Assembly: GCA_963924565.1 (NCBI GenBank)
Contig: OZ004613.1
Location: 23,064,001 to 23,128,000, forward strand
DNA from: Ascidiella aspersa
Lineage: Eukaryota
DNA: 64,000 nucleotides
Reading direction: 5' to 3'
In this document: piece by piece, positions 37,255 to 51,059 of the stretch
Layout: every line of letters starts with the position of its first letter
Position numbering within the stretch: the first letter of the stretch is position 1
Notes under the pieces: generated by a model
The model's database searches: none
What the model was told of the DNA's origin: nothing
Seen by the model: only the letters and a program-made list of their open reading frames with translations
Translations under genes and position numbers: made by a program

Positions 37255-38459
37255 GCTAAAACATAAAAATTAATCAAAGGATATTATATTTTGATAACGC
37301 ATATAGCCAGTTTCAATGCATGATCTTCGCATATAGCTTCGCGCGACGAAGCACATTTTTTTAACCTAGCCGGGAAGAATTGATCGGTTAAAATAAAAAG
37401 CAGTAAAATCAAACAACCTTTTTTCCCCAAATTGACAAGGTATGTCTACGTTACAAAAGTGTAAGTTACGATTCGGCCTAACCATAACCGATTTGACGCT
37501 AATAAATGGAAGACCAATAATATTTAGGACAGCGATTCTTAACCTTTTCTATTCCCCGACCCCCTTTCCAGTTTTTTAAAACCTACACTGCCCCCTAATT
37601 TTGGTGTAGTACGCATAATCCAGATAACAATCATATACAAGTTTGCAAAATGCTCACAGTCCGTTTCAAAATTTGGCAAGGATGTCCGAATTTAGCCCTT
37701 AACCATGTACACTTACTTAAAGTTACGGTTCAAGGTTTATTTAACGATTTTTATATTGTAAATCAAAAAATGTTGTGAGTTTAAGACGTAGGTAAATTGC
37801 CTTCCCGTAAACTCGTAGTGTGACTTAAACAAACTAATAATCATTATTTACTTTAGTTTTTGTAAAACTACAGCAATTTTACTATAGAATAAGAAAATAT
37901 TTAATTGCACTGTTTTTGCGTAGGGCTTTTACTATCTGATTTTTCTCTGAAATGTTTAACTGGAGTGAGTATTGTTATAGAGGATCCAATTATGTGTGAA
38001 AGTGGTTACAGATAGTTTTATCGAGTGTGGAAAAACGGGCTTGAGTCATCAAATGGCAACCGTTCCTATTTAAATTAGACAAAAGTTTATTAGACTGCAG
38101 CTATGCTTCGGCCATTGATTGAAAAGAAGATTAATGGTGGCGTCTAAACACGGCTTGTTTTATTTAAATTGACTCTGAGCAAGCTTTCTCCGATACTTCA
38201 GAATTTAGCGGAAGAAATAAGAAGACGTGGCTCATATTGATTAAATTCGTAATATTTATACAAATGTTGTGTGCGCTTGTAAAAAAATTCAACGAAGAAA
38301 ATTGTTTCGTCAATGCTTAGCTGTTCGTCTTACGCCTGTAGTGCTTGGATCGCCGCGAAACAAAGATTCAGAAACACTGATGTAAGTGATGACCCCAGAT
38401 CGGAACAGTTGACAGACGATGTGATCGGCGCGGTTAAACTCTTCAGGTGTACCCTAGTT

Positions 38460-38864
38460 CAGTGGTCCCCAACCTTTGGGTCGCGACCCAAAGTGGGGTC
38501 GCCTAAAATTTTTTTTTGGTCGCCATAACTCAACATAAATTTTTTGCTCACTATGCAGGCGCAACCACCACACTAAATGCAATTTACTGTTGAAACAAAT
38601 TGCAATTTTTGTGTTCGTTCTAAACTCAAATGTAGTAAACTCAAATTCGCAATTTAAATAAAACTTCTTAAAAGAAATCACTTTGGTGCACATTTGTAAC
38701 CACAGTTCTCTGGAAATGTGTATAATTTACGCATATTCGCGCGTGTTACTTGGTTCCAGCATTATTATATCTATTTTATTTTTATCTGAAAACAAAATGG
38801 GGTCGCAATGTAATTCTGATCTCATTTGATTGGGGTCGACTATTGAAAACGTTGGAGACCACTG
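38460..38864. mobile_element. hAT-like MITE, TSD CCCTAG(T/G)T
   Basis: TIRs CAGTGGTCCCCAAC / GTTGGAGACCACTG, with a 7/8 TSD match. Confidence 0.85.
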
Positions 38865-41476
38865 CCCTAGGTTGATACTCAAGGCGGATTCGGTCTTTAG
38901 GTCGGGCAATTTTTTATGTGCCTTGCGCAACGCGGCGCTTACGTGTTCGCTGTAGTGTTTGCCACGCATCATTCTCGATAATTCGCCGCTTCCACGAAAC
39001 GCCGAATAGAAACCAACCGGGCGCGCGTGCACAAACGACAAACGCGCTGATTTGTCGCAGGCCCCAACCTGAAAAGCATAGCTCGCGCGTGCTTCTACGA
39101 AACGCATCGGGGTCTCTTTCCTTCGCCGTTTCAACACATCTTCGCGCAGCAGCGCGGCGCTTTGCGGAAAACATCTTCAGCGATTGTCTCTCGCGGCGGC
39201 ATTGTGCTGCCTGTCAGGCCGCCGTCGCTTTGTGCGCGAAGCGTCTCGCGCATCCGGGCTTCCTAAAAACCGAACGCTGTCATCCCGCCGGAGAATCGCT
39301 TCGACGGGCGCGCGCGCGCCGGAGGACAATGGAATGCGAGCGCGTGCAGCTCGAATTAAGACCTCTTCCCCAAAATATCACACTTTAGAAACGCGACCGC
39401 CGCATTCACGACGAGAATCAATACACACATGTATAATACAATTAAGTTCGTTTCCTCGTCGCGTATCCGTGCGCGCGCCTGTGCCGCGTTTGGTGCGGTT
39501 TTAAATGCATCCTCAATAGAACGGGCAACTGCTGGTGTCTGTTGGCGACATTTAAAGCGGTTAAAGCTCACCCGACTGGCACTGTACAAAGCGCATACGA
39601 GCCGGAATTTTTGCGGTTACCACTCGATTCGATTAGCTTTTCACGCTTTCGGAATAAAAACGTCACTGCCTGGCGTGGAACGGCAAAAGTAAATACACCC
39701 GGGCTTTGATAAAATCACGTTGCCAAGGGATGTGCCCCTTGCCGTTTGCCCTGTTTGGGTTTAGTATGGTATCCACGGTTTAAGTTTTTAATTTAACTAA
39801 AGTGAATATATATTGAATAGCCACTCCAGAAGTGACACACGGCAATCTACCCATTGTATAAGGGTATCATATAAATTATCCACTCACAAAACGTGATTGC
39901 ACTACATTGCAATAGAACTAAATGCACATTGAACGTAGTCGAAGATGTTGCAAATAATCTTACGTATTTTGTGTAAAAAGTGTCCGTTCTTATCCTGCTA
40001 ATTACATTTTTAACTCTAGCGCAAGTTTATTGTTTCAGAATTTACTGCGTAAATACTTGTTTTATCGCTACTTTTTTTCTTTCTTTTTTGTTGATTGACG
40101 TGTTGGTTTTCACATTTTGAAGTTTGCAATAAAACTCGATTTTACGTATAGGCGTCACCTAACGGTTAAAACAGTCAATATGTTATAGGTAAAGAATGCA
40201 GTTTATCAGGAGATAATACATTTTTTCATTCTCACTTAAATTTCGTTTGCAGAGTGATGAATGGTAATATCAGGACTTGACTCAAACGGTATTTTTGGAC
40301 TTGTAATACAAACGGTATTTTTTGTTTAAAAAAGAATAGGCAACAAACACCATGATGTTTTAAATCGGTTTAGACTCAAATATTGGACTGTTGTTCACAT
40401 GATTCCGTATATAAAAACCTTATAGCGACAATAAAATGATCAGATGAAAGTTCATTTATGTAAACTGAGGCTCTTCTTTGGTGAAAAACAAAAATATTGT
40501 TAGTTGGTCAATCATCAGTGCACTTGTCACTGTTTTCAAATAACTTGACTTGACTAAAGTCCTTGGATTGAATCACCTGATTTAGGACCGTTTTAATCAA
40601 ATAATTTTTGTAACTATTTCGCAAAAGCTATGCTAACACTTTGCTCTCTATGTGTTATGTTTTTGTTGTTTGCTCATTTGTCATATATTGAATTTTGTTA
40701 ATACTTTAACGTTCTATTTTGATGTAAATGACTTGTCTTGAATTTCACCTGCTATGGCAGGGATTTGTACTGTGACTTTGATTTGCTATTTTCGAAAATA
40801 AATAGACTTGAACTTGTGTTATTTGGCAAATGACTTGACTGCTGAGATTAAATCATTCAACATATAGCTTGTTTGCGACACTGTAAATCTTTGGCGGGTG
40901 GTTATCAAATTGATTCTTTTTAATAAACTTTATCAAAGCATACACCGAAATGAAGGCATAATCAACCGAATCAATGAAGTCTTTGAACGAAAAGATAAAA
41001 CACTTGAAAAAAATCTGTTATACTATCACCTCAATAAGTGATTTACCACTACTACTTCAATATTACCAGACCTGTCGCCTGCATCCGAACCGCAGTAGGA
41101 GCAGCAAAAAGTTTTCTGTGCCAAACCGACATGTACCTTTCATTTCGCCGTAAAAAGCGAGCAGCGGCGACTCAACTTTACGCGCCCTGCGAAAAGTCGA
41201 AGCCGACTAAAGAAATCGGGAATACCAGGTGGAGAATTTTCGTGTAGCCTTGTCGTTTGCCGACGGGCCGCTCGCGATTTGCGACACGACTTTTGCCGGC
41301 GCGTATGTCGCTACCGAAACATACTGTCGCCCCTTTACCGCGAAATACGTTTTACTTGCCGCTATGCAGTAGTCCACTTGTCCGCTGTAACTTGTATTTT
41401 GATGTCGAACCTTGCGCCCTCAACAAACCGACAGGGTTAAAGAAATGCGCGAAACTACGCGTGCTATACCCTAACC

Positions 41477-41782
41477 CAATGGTTTTCAACCTGGGTGACG
41501 CGGCACCCTTGGGCTCCATTTGTAATGCTCAAGGTTGCAGAGAGATATTTGAGAATCTTTAAGAATCTTTTTTTTTGCTAAAATTCTTTCAACTTTTTGT
41601 GTAAGATTAGTGGAATAAATTCACTTATAACTTCTTACGTTAAGTAGAGTTGATGTGTGTTGTTCCAGTTCCGTTTATTGTGACATCCTAGTGAATTACC
41701 TCCGGTAAAATCTTGTAGGGGTGCCGTAATCTATTTAATATTTATAAGGGATGCCACTAGCCAAAAAGGGCCAGAAACACTG
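41477..41782. mobile_element. hAT-like MITE, TSD CCCTAACC
   Basis: Perfect 8-bp TSD at 41469-41476 and 41783-41790; homologous to 24294-24602. Confidence 0.85.
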
Positions 41783-41818
41783 CCCTAACCAATATAGCCT
41801 TGCGCGTACTTCATAAAT

Positions 41819-42170
41819 CAGTGGTTCCCAACCTGCGGGTCGCAATAGATCAGCTTTTCTTTTCTTTATTTAGGCCAGTATTTCGTTTATGACGTAACAG
41901 GAGACATAGAGTCCGAAGAGTTTGTTAACAAAACACTGATATTAATAAATATTGTGTGTGTTATTTTGCTATTACCGTTATTAATGTGTTGATTATTACC
42001 GTTTTGTTATATTACAATTATGTTATTACGGCGGCTGGGCTTGCTTTATTTACCATTTTTGTATTGAAATAATTTTGACGCTCTTTGGTGCTTGTATTTT
42101 CTGCAAATGGCTCTTCCATTGAATACATTTGCCCACCCCTGCAATAGATTGTCCAGGGGTCGCCGTATAC
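41819..42170. mobile_element. MITE end interrupted by a nested insertion (41851-42141, TSD CAATAGAT)
   Basis: CAGTGGTTCCCAACC TIR at 41819. CAATAGAT is duplicated at 41843-41850 and 42142-42149, and the insert starts CAG and ends GCCCACCCCTG. Confidence 0.65.
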
Positions 42171-42689
42171 TATTTGTCAAACGAAAAATTGTAAGAAAAG
42201 ATGACAAACAATACGAAATCAAAATTGAGCACTAGAAAGAGCAAGAATAACCGCACGCGAGTCTAACAATCGTGTCGTCAAACATTCTTTCTGTTTTCAA
42301 TCAATGGCCGAATAGCTCCGGGCCTTGTCTAATGTTAATGATCTTGTGTAATACGAATAAGTACGATGGTCGCTTAACTTACGAATACGTGTTTTGCGTC
42401 ACTCGATATATAACAATTTCATGTAAAAACATTTATAAACCATTGAATTTTTTGTAACAATATTTTCCCAGAAATATTTTAAAGAAAAACTAAAAAATTA
42501 GAAATCATTGTAAAAAATTATAAAATATCTCATTTATCCTTTGAAAGATACTTTTGTTTTAGATTTTAAAAATGAAGTCAGTTAATTCTTCTATGAGAAG
42601 TCAATTTTTTCTCAGTTAGAAACAAATCTTGACACAAATGAACCTTTAGTTTAATTACTAATACGTGCTTTTGACGTTGATTCGAATAG

Positions 42690-42854
42690 TCTTGTCAATT
42701 GTGGAAACAATCTGTCTTGAAATGTGTAATGTTTGCCAATTGAATATGATTGTTATCTGGTTTATGTGCAGTGCAATATACCAAAGTTGGGGGTCGCGTA
42801 TGCTTTGGAAAACTGGAAAGAGGGTCGCGACAACAAAAAGGTTGGGAACCACAG
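42690..42854. mobile_element. MITE terminal fragment, related to fragments at about 11761-11900 and 37530-37680 in opposite orientation
   Basis: Ends aaaaaggttgggaaccacag; subterminal sequence is shared with the other two loci. Confidence 0.6.
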
Positions 42855-43959
42855 CCACAAAAGGCTTCGCATGGAAGAGTGACGCGTTTAGGTTAAATAT
42901 AAAGGCGAGGTTCGAAATGCACATTAGTTCGAACTATAGTAACATAAAAAAACAACAACACTGTACCCCTTTAAATTAAACCTTGCTTTATTTCTGCTTT
43001 AGTTGTTTGTCGTCAAATAAACTTAAATTGCAGTAAACCTCAAAGGAAAAACACATACACGCTTACCCTAATCCACTATTTTCGTGCTAAAATCGAAAGG
43101 TCCGATAGGAAAACATTACGCGAAGTTGCATTGAAACTACAGCATTTTACCATTTTTTGTGAAAAAATTTTGCCACAAAATGTGCAGAAATGGCCACAGG
43201 GAAATACCTGATTGCATACTTGCCCCAATCTGCCCCTTTCGGCAAAAAGCGGCTCCCGCGTTGCTAGTATTTCCGTTGCCCAAAGGCTGTCGCCGTCAAA
43301 CGCCTTTAAGGTAATCTGCATAATAGTAATTTATAAGATCAGCGACAGGTCACACAATAAAGGCCACATTCCTCCTGTTTCGAGGAGAGAATGTAAAATA
43401 ACATGGATGCTAAACTACGGGCCCCTATAAACGATTTCCTGCCTTTTGGTGTTTCATTTTTAATGACAGGATACGTACAATTATGCCTGTGGTTGTGCAA
43501 TTTATATTCAGCATACACATTTAAGCTTTAAAAATAGTATAGAGAAATTACAGGTTTTGTCAAGCATTTTGCGTAAGAAATTAACGAGAGCGGTTTCAAC
43601 CACGACGGGCGTCGTAACAGGCTCGTCTTGAATGTCTTCGAGGCCACTCGACAGCTGTATATAGATTTCGCTTCTGGCCTGGGTATGGTTCAGTGCCGAG
43701 CCGACCCCAGGCGCTTCCTAATCGCATCTGACAGCGCGCAACACGGCCGCCATTGCACCAAGTACCGAATATCGAATGACCCCGGCCGCCGAACATAGAT
43801 TACCCTCTCCGCGGGGACATGGTTCACGGGACTCGGTGACATTCACACGCGAGGAGGCTTGAGCGGCAGCTATACGAAGCCCGGTGCTTTAAGGTGACTG
43901 GAAAGGCTCTGCTATGATTTAGCGGCCTCCAGCCATAGGACCCAAATATGAGCAACATC

Positions 43960-44190
43960 AAGGTCGGAATAAAACACGGTATGAAATAAGACCTAAATAG
44001 GATTAACACCTAATCCAAATCGGAAAAATCCTACTGCCGTCGGAATGAGACCTAAATGGCCAACATCAGGACTATACAAATTTTTACATATCTCCAAACC
44101 ACATCCCTAAGTAGATCACTAACTTTCTTAACAATATCAACACTAACCCATTTTCAAACCACACCTATTACCCACCATTGGTCTTATAAT
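43960..44190. mobile_element. Partial copy of the 4640-5190 element
   Basis: Direct similarity to about 4675-4890. Confidence 0.55.
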
Positions 44191-45682
44191 ACTATATGAT
44201 TTTTTAGATTTTTCTGCATTGTCCTTTTTTGTCTTATTGTGTGTTTCCTATTTAACCTTGTTTTTTAACCGCCCCTATACTGTGTATATGTGCCTCGTCT
44301 ATCGTATTTTATTCTGATACAGATACCCGATGTTTTGGGCAATGATAGCAATGACATCGTCGCTGCTACAAATAACCAAATTGATAAAACCAAAACTTGC
44401 ATATGCGATGCTTTGAGGTTATTGGGGACTATATGCCTCAAGTTAAGTTTCCGTCGACTGTTAATTCACGATTTTCTAGGAAATTTAATTTCCAAGGCTT
44501 ACAACGTTGCTTCAGTTGGCAAACTGTGGCTTAAATAAACAAACAAATTTCGTGCCGCTTCACCAAGCAGTGAATATACCGCTCGTCATCAGGTATACTG
44601 TATAGATAGCTATATGACTTCCCAACTCTATGCTGGCCTCAGCTTATCAATCGAATCGTTTGATTTACACTATTTGAATGCAATATGGCAACAATTTAAT
44701 TTCCAGTTTTTTATCTATAGCATAAGTTGCTACTTCAAGGCTGTCACTATAAGCACATACTTTAAATGCATGTTAAGAAATAATCTTTTAGGAAATTATT
44801 AGTTATCGTTAATCAGTAATCGCAAGTGTTCCGAGCATTTTCAGTTTTTATGTGGAATTCAGAGGGTCTATAGACGCCTTAAAGGTATTCTGCACAAAAA
44901 TGATTAATAAGATTTGCGGCAAGTCACAAAATAATGGCTGCGTTTCTACTGTTTCGCGGAAAGATGGTAAAAATAATTAATGACAGGGTATACGTATACA
45001 CATTTAAGCTTTCCGTCGTTATCTGCACGGTTAGTTGTTTGAGAAACTCATGTTGCATCTCTACAGGTAAAATATGAGTGCATGTGACAGTCCGATTCAA
45101 CATGCAACCTCTGGCCTTTTTGACGTTCCGTTATTTTTATTGCTCTTCTATATTACGAAGAGGTGCAGGATATTAATCAGACGGCAAATGATTTGAAAAA
45201 ACTGCGAAATAATCCAACCATGGCCACTTAAGCGGCGTTTCCTCACTTTGCAATTGAACCCCAATCGTGAACGTGCAGCACACCAGTCTGTACAGTCGTT
45301 GGTACAATATTACATCAGCGGCTTTATTCAACAGCTCAATCGAAATTGCGCGAAACTTGTTTTAACGGTGCGAAAAAAAGTGGCGAAACAGGCTCGACTG
45401 TTCTCAGCGAGGCACCGAATGGGCTGGTGGGCGTGAGAAAGCGGCTCGGACACTTGTTGATGTCCAAAAATTTAGGAAGCGGAATTCAATCAGGCGTGTT
45501 CACGAGCCCGAGACAAGCCTGATGATCTGCGGCGCGCACCGAAAGCCTGTTTTCCAAGCGAACTTTTCGTTCGAGTGGCGTTTTAGCGCTATACTCGCTC
45601 TTGCCGTTTTCACTGAACGAGAGTATAGCTTGGGCCATATGTTTCAAGAAATCGACAATTTTGGATAAATCGACAAAAAAAT

Positions 45683-45800
45683 GAACTAGATAAAATAACG
45701 TTCAGTTCTTTATTGCTTATTTTTTGTATTTTACCCTTTTCAAAAAAGGAACTGGACAAAATAACGTTCAGTTCTTTATTGCTTATTTTATGTATTTGGC
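45683..45800. repeat. Tandem duplication, period 66 bp
   Basis: aaaataacgttcagttctttattgcttatttt occurs twice. Confidence 0.85.
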
Positions 45801-48800
45801 CTTTTGCCGAAACTGATTTTCGTGTGTGACCTATAATCCAAACATTCTATATAAAATTAAAGCCCAATGACTCAACATTTTTACGGTGGCTCGACGAGCA
45901 AATGTTCATTATTCAGTAAAGCGCAACCTCAAACATTGGAAAACATATTAAAACAGCACTTCGATGCTGTTTACGTTGGCACGGACAAAGCTTACCCTGA
46001 CAGAAATTGTGTTGTTCGTCACGCAAGGCGGAAGTGGCAAGCAGGCGAGTGCGAACAGACGTTACTTTCACCTGTTTCCCGAAGAACGCCCCTCCCTGGA
46101 CCGTCACGTCGTCGTGTAAGGCCGTCGGCTTAACGCGCCCCGGTGTATTTCAACGCCGACCACAATTTGGGAATTTGTTCGGGTCCCTACTGGGGGTGGG
46201 GAGGACGGGTGAAAGGTTTTGCATGGGGGGACGGGAAAGACCCTCCGGGAAAAAAAAGAATAAAAAAGGTTTTTATTTATTTAATACTATACGGTTCGCA
46301 TATATCTTTTTATCTTTTTTTAACTACTTTTAGTCGTAATTAATACACATTGTTTTCTTACAATCACTTAATCTATTCCCTCAGTCATATTAATTGCTTT
46401 TTCATTTTTGTAATATAGGTTTCAATAACCCGGATGTGGCAAAATACTTGCTATACAAACCGCACAGTGTTGCTATATGTATCCAAACAAATTTCGCACT
46501 TCGCGCGAACATATTTCTTGCTTTAGTGCTTGTATATTCCGTTTGAAAGAACTAATTTCAGTGTAAAAGGCGCGGTTCGCATTATCGCATAATGCTGTGT
46601 TGTGTGAAATCAAGTATTCTGGAATGACCATGAATTTATTTGTAATTGTAACGTTTAGCCAAATAAAACAGCAGTTATACATCAATTTCGCAGAAAGGGG
46701 CGCGGCCCCAAAAGTTTATAAACCTGCCATCGGACGTCGTGCTTGCGAAAACGGTTCACCAACTCTGCGAGGCGAAGTACAACCTACGTTACAATGGCCA
46801 CATGGTAAACACGTTAAAATTGCATAAATGCTATTATTTCGCAGATATTGCATTTTTTTGTTTTTAAAAGTCCACAAGGATCTATGGTCACAAAAATGGC
46901 TGAAACATAAAAGCTTACGGGAACCGCAATAAACTCACTGATTATTTTACGCAAACCGTGAGAAAATACATTTACACAAAACCGACCAAGCTATTTTTTT
47001 GTTTTTTTTTGTATTGCTTTGCAACGTTCTGGCTGCAATTATTGTACACTGACTGTGATAAATTTTAATTTGCCTGTCGCCGCTCTGAAGATGTGAACCA
47101 GGAGGCTCTTGGTGACTCCTGGTGTAAAGCATGGTGCTTTGGGAGCATTTTGCACTTATGTGATAAAGGGACGATTTTTAGTTAGGCCAAAGTTTATACT
47201 TCTACTGCAGATAGACCAAAGGTTATGGCTTTTAACCATTCGTTAAAATATTAAAACAGCGTTCGGATAATATTTTTTTCAGGTTTTTCCTACCGGTAAA
47301 AATGTTTTTTCGTTACCAGGGGACAAGTCCCTGGCCTGTACGAAAATCATTCATCGCTCCAGTAAGAAAATAATATTCTACTTTCACTCGTGTTTCCAAT
47401 CCTAAAAACATACATACAGATAGAAAGATAAACGAAGCTAAAAAAAATATTGGGACCCTGTTATCGACGTTTAGGTTTTTCAACAACGTCAAATATTGAC
47501 GCTGCCAGACACAAATCAAAAAACTTTAATTTAAGGATTATTATAAGTATCTAAATGGAACATGACTCTTTAAAAGAAGGTTACGTGACACTATTTTCAC
47601 TTGCGTTTTAAAATGAGGATTTCAGGATTTCAATATAACCTAAGAGCTTTCGTGTTAGGATTACATTGAAAATCGAACGGCGCTTCGTCGTTTAACCTTT
47701 AACCACATCCAAGAAGCCGGATTTCGAAAGAGTGACACCTTTTAGAAAGCCTTTTGTTCAATGCCCGCCGTCGAGGAATCAACACGTATCGAATCGCACA
47801 CTTGCCCTTAGACCGCCAAATGGCCCCGACCAACAAGAGGGCATCAGACACTTACCAGCAGGCGTGCGGTGCGTAATGTTATTGGGCGCTCTATCATCAC
47901 GCTAACCGCAAACCCACCGGGCCCCAAGTCAAGGACGGTATTGGGTTGCGCAGAAAACAGTTTTAACTGCGGCCATTCCGACACTCCTTGGCACAGTGAA
48001 GATCGCGCACCTGTAATTATATTTTCAAGTCGCGTGGTTTCTAATTGCGCCCTTGTTGTTGCACATGTTGTGGTCGTTTTCACATATACTGTCATTATTG
48101 TCCATTTATGTCAAAATCTGACGTAGTCGACAAGGGATTCTTGCCCGCTGCTAAATTGTTTGGTATATACTATTTTTTTAACGTGAATACTGTATAGGGG
48201 TGGTATTTAAGTCTTAATTATAAGATGACTTGAATTTACAAATAGTCGTTTTCAGGCACTTCATTGTGAATCAATCGATTAAAAAAAGTAAATTCAAGTC
48301 AGTTGAAGATCTAACGGCCAATTTTCAGCCAAGCACTTTTTTAAGTGTTAAAACATTTTTTTCGTTCCTTTTTTCTCTAAACCAAATGCATAGAGAAGGT
48401 ATAGAGAAAGGTTTACCACTTTCAGCAAAAGCAAATAACGTTTCCGTTGTTACTGTAAATGATAAAAATTTCAGGTAATTTAAAAGAGTAGTTCTATTCT
48501 AAATTAAAGATAAAAAAGAAAAAATAATAAAAAAAAACACCATGAGAGATATAGAGCCAAAAAATGATTTTAGTATTTCATTTAAGGAAAACAAAAATAT
48601 ATGGGCTTAAGGTTTGCGGTTTTATGGAAATCGTAATAATTCTGTATAAAAGGAGGTTAGGATGTCTTATAAAAAAAGTATTTTAATAGCTAAAGTCTCA
48701 TTTTAGGCAAAACAAAATAGAAAAAACACACTATTTAGCTATCATGTTGTACAAATTTGCATATTTGGATCTTATTTCTACCACTATAATAAATGTGCTA

Positions 48801-49381
48801 TTCAATAAAACTTCTGTTTTATTTGCGTGGAAATTTTAGAAAAACCTATAAAGCACAGCTGAAGTTTAACGCCAAGCTATAGAACGGCCCGACATCAATA
48901 AGAACAAAGTCCACCCATAAACCGAATGACACAGGAAAGACGCTAAAAGGTTTGTTTCGCTACAAAACATGAACGAATCACGGCCAGGTGCTACACAGCA
49001 GCTCTTCACTTACAGGGGTACTCCGTGCCCCCACATGTGCGCCACACAATGGTAGAACAACGTGCATTCATCGGGAAAAAACGTGTAGGCAGTTTCGCGG
49101 GTGGCTGCGGTCACCGACGACGCTTTAGTTGAATTTCAATTGACAGCGATCAAGGCATTTCGGGATTCCTTATTGAGCGCTGACCCCGCGGGGCCCCGAC
49201 TCTCAATGGTTTATCGAGGGCGCTAGATCGACTTACAGCCCCTCTGCAGGGTATAAGGGGGCCTGGGTTGCGTGCGCGGCGCACGAAGCGCAAAGAGTCG
49301 GCGGTTTCGCTCGCGTCTTCAGCTGTTTGTGGACGCGCATCGATTTCGCTTCCGAGTTGTTGTTCTCGTGGAACGCGCGCC

Positions 49382-49456
49382 GGCGCATTTGCGTGCAAAG
49401 AGGCGAAACCCAATAGCGGGCAAGTGGCGGTCGACGAATCAGCGCTCATATAACGA
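49382..49456 (-). repeat. Mirror element D, right copy
   Basis: Shares the same collinear blocks with 5290-5354. Confidence 0.65.
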
Positions 49457-49725
49457 AACCCCTTTTTGGTCTCTTTCGGCAAACATTTAATGCTATTTAT
49501 ATTACATTGATTTATATTGCTAGCATTATTTGGGTTAGGGGAGAGGAAGCGTTTGGGTGGGTCAAGTGTTATTATTATATATATTCTAACAAATTTATGC
49601 TTATCCTTGCAATTTCAACTTTGACAACTCGTTTCGTTAGTGTTAAAATAAATGTGGGGGAATTCTAAACCAACGAACTCTTAAACGGCTGAAAGAGAAA
49701 GAAAAAAAACAACATTGCTTTATCT

Positions 49726-50046
49726 CAATGGTTCGCAACCTTTTATGGCTTGTGGCACCCCAAGGAACGAATAAATAGATGGGGTACCCCTAATAGATTT
49801 TTCGTTGAGCTATAATCACTATAATGTCAATTGGTTTACTGTAAATAAACGAAACTGTAACAATACAAATAAACACTAGGAAATGTTTGAATATTTTTTC
49901 ATCTATTGTAATCACACACAATGAGTGAAAAGCTTTGCAATAGTAGCAAAAATAAAATTCCTAAAGATTTCAAAATATCTCGCGGCACCCTTGAGCATTG
50001 GAAAAAACACCCCAGTGTGCCGTGACACCCCGGTTGAAAACCACTG
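49726..50046. mobile_element. hAT-like MITE, TSD CTTTATCT
   Basis: TIRs CAATGGTTCGCAACC / GGTTGAAAACCACTG. Perfect TSD at 49718-49725 and 50047-50054. Confidence 0.87.
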
Positions 50047-50760
50047 CTTTATCTTATTGTCTTGGACGTTTTATTTTTGTTTTATCGCCTTTAGTTTGAC
50101 GGGCCAATAAAATATTTTTTTGTTGGGAAAATAGTGTTGTCTTTCAACCAATGGTGCCTCCAATGCGTTAAAAACGGCAACGAAAAAATCCTAGCTTTTA
50201 TTTTCTCGGTTCTACGAGGTTTGGCCTAAACCAATTGCCAAAACAACGCAACGACAACTTTCAAAACATGAAAATATTTTTGTATAAATCATCTTCCGCT
50301 AATTTTAACATTGGTTGTTTTGTGTTGGTTTATATGCGCATTTTGGTAGAATATACTTCGATAAAGAAGAATTAGGGGTGCTTTGCTTAACCAGTAAACT
50401 CTAAAAAAATTCACTAAATCACGCTTTAAAAACAAAATTAGACAGTATCTATCGCAAAAATTGGAAAAAATGTGTCAATTGTTACACAAAATAATAACGG
50501 CATTTACATACATTTCCACGTCTATAATATTTTCTGCATTTTGTTGGTTAGTGAAGTTATTTTCCTGCTTCAAATATTTATGTATTATAGAAAACACTAT
50601 TTTTTTCAATTTTGTTTTCTGTGCACTACTATAAATTAACACTGTTGGTTTTTAGTTTTACGTAAAATAAACGATCTTTTAAATATAATGACTGCTTTAT
50701 ATATGGTATAGAGCTAGTTAATATTGAGGCGTTTGTTAGCCGCCTGTTTAATCCAGGGAA

Positions 50761-51059
50761 GGCACCTATGCCCACAGATGCTGTGCTCTATCGTATTCAC
50801 CCACCACACCAAGCCCCAGTTTTTCTCCTTTTACCCCACCCTTCGCCCCATTGCTGTCACGAGCGCTACGACTGGGGCCTGGGTGAGTGGCAACCCAACA
50901 CGGTCGCACTTCGCTGCCTCCATTGACGGATGAACATTTTTCGACAGCTTAGAGATCAGATAACCGGAAGCCGTCCTTGGAAAGGGAATTCCGAGCGTGC
51001 CCTCGAACGATTTCAACAAGTCACACCGCGTGACGCAACCTTGGTTAAGGACAACTGCA
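50761..51059 (-). repeat. Mirror element C, right copy
   Basis: Reverse complement of 4266-4550. Confidence 0.93.

Noticed and set aside
24294-41782. Inverted MITE pair 24294-24602 / 41477-41782 as part of the mirror array
   Set aside because: They have different TSDs and break the nested order, so they are independent insertions.
45515-45555. Hammerhead-like CTGATGA...GAAA (also CTGATGA at about 53081 and 54467)
   Set aside because: Stem II closing pairs and the stem III/UH junction cannot be formed by eye. An Infernal Hammerhead search would be needed to revive it.
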